From Octopus vulgaris (taxonomy: Eukaryota): a stretch of 64,000 nt of DNA. The position numbers and the translations under genes were made by a program. The notes beneath the pieces are model-generated. The model was not told where the DNA came from, did not search any database, and was given only the letters and a program-made list of their open reading frames with translations. Below are positions 56,256 to 64,000 of this stretch, piece after piece. Each line of letters begins with the position of its first letter. The first letter of the stretch is position 1. The stretch lies in the NCBI GenBank assembly GCA_951406725.2, contig OX597836.1, positions 18,414,001 through 18,478,000 on the forward strand, read 5' to 3'.

Positions 56256-56756
56256 ACAGAAACTGGAAGAAGTCCATCGTGTCATCCCAGATGGAGACAA
56301 GTACCAACAGTTGTATGTGGTCTGCTTGAACAATTGTGATGATCTCTTCACATGAAACCATTGGTTCTCTTGTTAATCCACAAATAAAAAGAAAGAAATA
56401 TTTATCCACCAATGCAGGGTTGAGTAACAATCACTCGTACTATTCGGTATTAGTGTGTATGTATATATATATATATATCCTTCTAGGCATATATATATCC
56501 TTCTAGGGAATCCTTCTAGGAGAAGGTAACTCAGGTAACTGGGATGACTCCGACATAAAACCTGCGGCTCAGTGGTTACCGATGATGTTGACTTGTTCTT
56601 CTTTTCGGATTATGGCTGCTGTTGCTTAGTGAGTGAGATTGACTCAGTGCACAGCCTTTCCTCACTTTAAAAAAATCTTCTTGTACAGGCATTGCACGAT
56701 AACAACATTGATTAAGCTTCGTGCAATGGCCATACTCGATAACGAGGGAGCAGCCA

Positions 56757-56787
<31 letters not shown>

Positions 56788-57003
56788 CGTATACACATAC
56801 ATATACAACTTAAAATAAAGGTTATAAACCTCATTAAGGGATAATAAAATACAATGAAAATACTGGTTAGTTACCAAACCATAGAAAGTTCAACTATAAG
56901 GTAACTATATAAGCCATGGCTCATATATTTATATAGTTAAAGAATGAGGAAAGATGGAGAAGTAATGAATAAGCTATTAGTTATTAATTATAAGATATGA
57001 CAT

Positions 57004-57087
57004 GTCTGACAGCTGTTTCGATTCAGTAATCTTTAGATAATTAATTTACAAAAACAAAATCATTATGATAGGACTATCTTCAGAGGT
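57004..57087 (-). ncRNA. Degenerate hammerhead-like motif
   Basis: Minus strand CTGAAGA...CGAAA-CAGCTG-TC with palindromic stem III; stems I and II are weak. Confidence 0.4.
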
Positions 57088-57551
57088 AGTAAAGATATAC
57101 CGATTAGAAATACTTGTTGAGATAACGGCTGCAAACTGTTAACTGATAGCGTATATACAAAAAGAGCCGGTTATAGAAGGCATCAGTCTAACATAGGGGG
57201 AGAAGGTAGTGTATATTTTTATGTCTTAACGTAAGAAGAGATTAATATGATATCATAGGGTATTGAGAAGGAGGAAAAGAAAGAGAAAAGAAAAGAAGAA
57301 AAACGCATGTATATATAAATAATAATGCTATATAATACTATACTTGTCTATAATGCTGCAATACAAAAACAATTTAAAGTTATAAAATTTAAGTCAAGTA
57401 GGAACAAACAGTGGCAATTAAGTATTAACCGGAATTATGAAAAAGGGATAAATAATTTCTAAATGTAATAATAACTAATTGCTTCGGTTTATAATAATAA
57501 ATATTATTTTATTAATTAGCTCTCTCCTTATTCATGAGTATGTGTGTGTGT

Positions 57552-57612
<61 letters not shown>

Positions 57613-57763
57613 AGAGTGTGTACATGTATGTGTCTGTGTGTCTTTGTGCTTGTTCTCCAGCATCGCTTGGTAATCGGAGGGGATTGGATAAACAGCTAAA
57701 GCTAATTTGATATGTAAACAGATACACGGATAGGCAGACAGGGAGCATACAGACACAGACACA

Positions 57764-57802
<39 letters not shown>

Positions 57803-58612
57803 CCACATACACATACACACATACACATATACTCACACACACACATACAGCTAGATAGATACATTTGAAGACAAGTAAATATGCTTACAATTTCTAAATA
57901 TTGGTGTGAGCGTGTGTGTGTGTGTGTGTGTGAGCGCGTGTATGTGTGTATACACACCATTCACAAACACATACACATGTACACAGCCCCTAGTGGGTAA
58001 TAAAAAAAATCATACACATGTACACATGTATGATGTTTATTATGTCATCATATCAGGTGATTGCGGTAGAGTAGAGTATTGTAAAGAGTAAAAACAGTTA
58101 AAAGTTAAACGGCCTCCATGTAAAACAGAGTTCATAGGTCGCGGTTTCGAATCACATCTGCGTAATAACTTTCTCATCATTCGTTTTTTTTTTTTGTTTT
58201 TTGGTTGTTTTTTTTTTTTGTACCATTCGGTTTTAAAATGCATGAACATCACTCAATACCCGAAACTTACAAAATAAAAATACGAGGTATTTCATTTCTG
58301 CTGTAATCCGAAGTATTTCGCTCAATTTCTCCTTCATTATTTGAGACGGTCACGCTTGATTTGCGCGAGATTTGGCTGTTATCTCGAGCGAGCTACGTAA
58401 CCATATAGAGGCTTGATTTATTGGGTGTCTGCGTGTGTGTGTGAATGTGTATGTATGTATGTATATGTGTGTGTGTGTGCACGCGCGCAACATGCTTTGC
58501 TGTTTATGTGGAGAGGGATATACACACACATATATATGCATGCACAAGCATACACATACATGCACAGACTCCCAAACATACACAAACACACACATACACA
58601 CACACACATACG

Positions 58613-58797
58613 CACGCAGGAGTGACTATGTGGTAGCTTGCTTACCAACCACATGGTTCCGGGTTCAGTCCCACTGCGTGGCACGTTGGGCAAGTCCCTT
58701 CTACTATAGCCTCGGCCCAACCAAAGACTTGCGAGTAGATTTGGTAGATGGAAACTGAAAGTAGCCCTGTCTCTTTCTAAGAAGCCCGTCGTATATG

Positions 58798-58857
<60 letters not shown>

Positions 58858-59070
58858 TGTCTGTCTGTCTGTGTTTGTTTGTCCTCTCCCCATCGCTTGT
58901 CAAGCGATGCCGGTGTATTTACGTCCCCGTAATTTATATGTTCAGCAAAAGAGACCGAAAGAATAAGTACTAGGGTTACAAAGGATAAGTCCTGGGGTCG
59001 ATTTAAGCAACAAAATCTGGTGCTCCAGCATGGCCGCAATTAAATGACTGAAACAAAAATAAAAAAGAAT
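58613..59070 (+). mobile_element. SINE family A, diverged
   Basis: Same head, microsatellite and tail layout. Confidence 0.8.
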
Positions 59071-60336
59071 ATATATTCACATATATATGCATTCATATAT
59101 TCTCATGACTGCCAACAGAAAGCTTCTTAGTCAGTGAGGTTCCATGTGACCTTTAGAGGTCCAAATTAGATTTCGTTGGTAGAAATTTGTGCGCAATGTG
59201 AATTGGTTATACAAATATACGAAATATTTTAACAATTTCTTATACAATTCCTAACAATATTTAATTATAAAATTATTACAGGATTTCGTAAACATCGAAT
59301 GCTTCTAGGGGGGTCCACGTGGGTACGATAGGAATTAAATCGGTCAATAGACAGAAAATAGTTGAGCACCACTGCTCTATGTGGTCGCTGGACTTGCTAA
59401 AGATAGCAGTCAAATGTGATAGAATTCTCATCCTACTGTCTGAAAAGTAGTAAACGCGGGGCTTGCCATGGTCTGAGAAAACTTTTGATCATGGACCTGC
59501 TCGATCATGTCTGACCTGTGGTTAAACAAGATTAGCAACACAAGCTACATCAGCAATAACAGCGATCACAGTACCAATAACATAACGGCAATAAGAACAA
59601 CAACAATGCTATCGCAGACAACATTAACAACAATAGCAGTAAAGGCAGCAACAACATCCCCGACTTCCTACGCAACCGTTGAGCCTGGATGCACATTCAG
59701 CCATCCGTCGATGATCTCGGTGTCAGGGGTCGATCTGCTTCCTCTTTGGCGGGTCTTACGAATAGCAAAGGACCACGACTCGACTCGGACTTCTCCCAAC
59801 TGCGAGCTCTGCAACAGCGGCAGCAACAACAACAGGAGTAAAATCATTCAACGACGGTTGTAGCAACAACAACATCAACAATAACAATTACAACAACAGT
59901 GAAATAACTGACAACTGCAGGAACAACGCTAGCTGCAACAACAACAACATCAGCCGCAGATTCAACAACAACAACAATAACTACAACACCAACAACCAAG
60001 AACAACAACAACGACGGTAGCAGCGATAATAACAAGGGTTACAACAAGAGCAACGCAAACAACGTTAAGCACAACACCACCACGACCACCTGTCTCTGGT
60101 ACATGCAAAAACACTAACAGAGGCGCGTTAAAACAACGTTTGATTAGTAACACACTCCTTAAACACGCGTGCGTCAGAAACATATGTAACATACACACGC
60201 GCACACGAAAGCGCACACTTACCGCACACAAGAGATTTAAAAGAGAGAGACAGAAAAAAAAAACAGTCGTGCGTTTAACATACATCGTACACAGACGTTT
60301 CAGGCTAAAAACGGATTTAAAAGATAAAGCTATAAC

Positions 60337-60412
<76 letters not shown>

Positions 60413-60600
60413 TCGTTCACGAACACACAGACACACATTGAGAACAAATTCGTATATATATATATATATATATATATATACAAATATATGTATAATAGTC
60501 TATTAAGATACGTTATAAATTATACATGCATTAGATAACGCATGAGTTCCATATATATATATATATATACATGAATATATATACATGAATATATACGTGC

Positions 60601-60635
<35 letters not shown>

Positions 60636-60824
60636 CGTGTGTGTGTGTGTGTATTTGTGTGTGTGTGTTTGCAGATATTTGCCCGTGTGTTTGCGTACAC
60701 ATGCATATATGTATGTATATATGTATGTAGACAGACTGTCTAGAAATAGACTTTCACATAAAAAAAAGTACGCACGCACGTAAGCATATCACATCTAAGC
60801 ATGGTATTCTTACAACACACACAC

Positions 60825-60863
<39 letters not shown>

Positions 60864-60969
60864 GAACATCAACAACATACACATACACATAAGTTAGTAA
60901 AAACTCAACGTGTCAACACAGCGTTTTCGCACAACGGTTACACACAGCACGCGTGTACCACATTCAAGT

Positions 60970-61006
<37 letters not shown>

Positions 61007-61569
61007 ACTATACTTATACTCACACGTATACAAAACAGAATCACTCATACATATACTTATACACACACACACACACACACATATATATGCATTCACATAG
61101 AAACACACGCAAAAACCTGTGTACACAGTACATAAACACATTGAAAATGAAAGTAAAAAAATTCGCGGTTTTTCCGTAGAATCAGTCTGCGTAGTGTGTG
61201 GGGGTGTAGTGTGTAGGGGTGTAGGGTGGGGTGAGAGTAGGGGTGGGGTGGAATGGGGGTGTCTATACACGTACGTATACACACAAAATCTATATACTCC
61301 ACTTTCTCTCTCTCTTCTCCCACACTATAGATGTGTGTGTGTGTGCGTGTGCATGTATGTATATGCATATAAATAGAGAGAGAGAGAGAGAGAGAGAGGG
61401 GGAGAGAGAGAGATCAGGCTATTTATAGACATGGAAACAGTTACACGATCGCATATGTTTATGAATGTCTGTGTGTTTGCTTGGGTTTGGAATGTGTGTG
61501 TCTGTGTGTTTGTGTGTGTGTCTGTGTGTGTGTCTGTGTGTCTGTGTGTGTGTCTGTGTGTCTCTGTGT

Positions 61570-61602
<33 letters not shown>

Positions 61603-61857
61603 CTTCTGTGTGTGTGCGAGTGTTGTGCATAAGTTTGTTCGTTTCTGAGGTGCTTGTGTACAACAGGTGTGTATAGGAAACACACACGCAGTGATGCGTA
61701 TATTGATGTGTACACGTGCATATAAAAGCGTAAATATATACATACACAAACACACACATTCACACGACTACACACACACCAACACACAGACCCAAAAATA
61801 GAAATAACATACATTACGTGCATACACAGATACGCATATATATATATATGTATATAC

Positions 61858-61942
<85 letters not shown>

Positions 61943-62421
61943 GAGTAACTCCCAATGTGTTGAGTACCCCTCTTTCGTTTATCTTATCACTCGTATACAA
62001 TTATATATATATATACGTACACACAAACGCATATGTATATGTATATATCCCAACATACACACACATAACCAATGGGAGATAAAAAGAGAGAGGGACGACA
62101 TTACAGTACCCATTTAACGAATCCTCTATTCTTTCTCTCTCACTTCCTCATCCTGCACCGCATTCTCTCCCACTTCTTCTGTATTCTCTTTCTATTTTTC
62201 TTTTTCTTCTATATTCCTTCCTTTTCTTCTCTTCTCTTTCATTACCCATTTATCTCTCTCTGATATTTTTCGGATTCTATTTTTAAATTCATTCCTCCTC
62301 CTCCTCCCCCTCCTTCTCCTCCAGTTCCTCATTGTTAATAGTGTCGATCATTTAATCCCGTCTCAAACTCTTTCACACTATTTCCTTCTTTCTCTCCTCC
62401 TTACTTCATTTTCTTTTCAGC

Positions 62422-62453
<32 letters not shown>

Positions 62454-62488
62454 GCTTAAATCCCTCTCTTTCTTTCTGTTTACATATG

Positions 62489-62554
<66 letters not shown>

Positions 62555-62629
62555 TATGCATCTATATATATATATATATATATATATCCATCCATCCATC
62601 CGTCTATCTATCTATTCATCTATACATCC

Positions 62630-62675
<46 letters not shown>

Positions 62676-62694
62676 CTCTCTATCTCTCTATCTA

Positions 62695-62734
<40 letters not shown>

Positions 62735-62827
62735 TCTATTCATCTATACATCCGTCTTTCTCTCTCTGTCTCTCTATCTATCTATCTATCTATCTATCCA
62801 TCCATCCATCCATCCATCCATCCATCC

Positions 62828-62891
<64 letters not shown>

Positions 62892-63090
62892 GTCTGTCTG
62901 TCTATCTGTATCTCTATCAATCTACCTACCTACCCATACACCGATAATAGGCGTACTCTAAGTTTTTCTTAAGTAAGCCTTTACCTCTGTCGCCTCTTCT
63001 CACCCTCTCACTCACTGTCTTTGTGTCTCTGTCTCACCTTCTTACTCACTCTCTCTCTCTCTCTCTCTCTGTGCTTATGTGTGTATGTGC

Positions 63091-63129
<39 letters not shown>

Positions 63130-64000
63130 TACACCTATGTGTATATATATATATATGCATGTGTGTGTGCATAAGGAGAGAGAGAGTGATACCCTCATGT
63201 ATATACACGCTGTCTTAAATTCCCTTCCAACTCTCAATATCTTCTCAATATCTTCAACACACATACACACCCACCATCTTACTTTTCTTTTCCCCTCTTC
63301 CCCCATCACCCCCTATTACTTATTCTAATCTAATTCCTCATCTTTTCTTTCTCTTTTATCTCCAAATTTACCTCTTATTTTCAGTTTTTGTTTATTTTTT
63401 TTGTTGCATTTTACTTGTTACAAATCATCATCAGTTATTTTCATTACCATCAGAACCACCATCACCATCATCATTTTCATCACCACCAAAACCACCCCCA
63501 CCAACATCATCATCTTCATCATCATCAACGTAGTCGTGGTTCACGTCGTCGTCGTCATCGTCATCATCATCATTATCTTCATCATCATTATCTTCCCCGT
63601 CACCACCACTATCACAATCACGGACGTCTTCATCTTCCTAGCCACTACCATCTCCCTCACCTAGCCACTACCATCTACCACCATCATCCTCATCTTCATC
63701 AGCTCCACCATCATCGCCATCATCATAATCGTCGCCGACGTCGTAATCATCAGCATTTTCATTCGACTTTTATCTTTTTCGCTATCGTTTCCCCTTTTTA
63801 ATTATCTTTTCCCCTTTTTAATTATCACTTCTTCTTCTCCTTCTTCTTCTTCTTCTCCTTCTTCTTCTTCTCTGTCTTCTTCTTCTTCTTCTTCTTCTTC
63901 TTCTTCTTCTTCTTCTTCTTCTTCTTCTTCTTCTTCTACTTCTTCTTCTTCTTCTTCTCCGTCTTCTTCTTGTTCTTCTTGTTCTTCTTCTTCTCCGTCT

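Overview
A repeat-saturated eukaryotic window. The SINE families and the (TA)n/(CA)n/(AAT)n microsatellite load look like an octopus (coleoid cephalopod) genome; this is recognised from pattern, not from a search. Almost all ORFs in the supplied track are microsatellite artefacts. Only one host coding signal is convincing: an exon of a SCY1-like (SCYL2-type) pseudokinase at 45134-45283 (+), closed by a GTAAGT donor, with no further exon recognisable in the window. The same reading frame stays open and ATG-free for 389 codons upstream (43967-45133). It carries seven S-P-R-R-L-S-Q-T-Q-L-Q repeats whose copies differ largely at synonymous sites, which suggests an unannotated phospho-motif-rich N-terminal extension. 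The rest is mobile DNA: at least four tRNA-type SINE families (nested, chimeric and tandem copies, some with TSDs), a young CR1-type LINE 3' end, RTE remnants and a bipartite RTE-derived element, mariner/Tc1 relics, and Penelope-like RT and GIY-YIG relics. Several minimal hammerhead-ribozyme motifs of the Penelope type are present, two of them forming a 250-bp palindrome.
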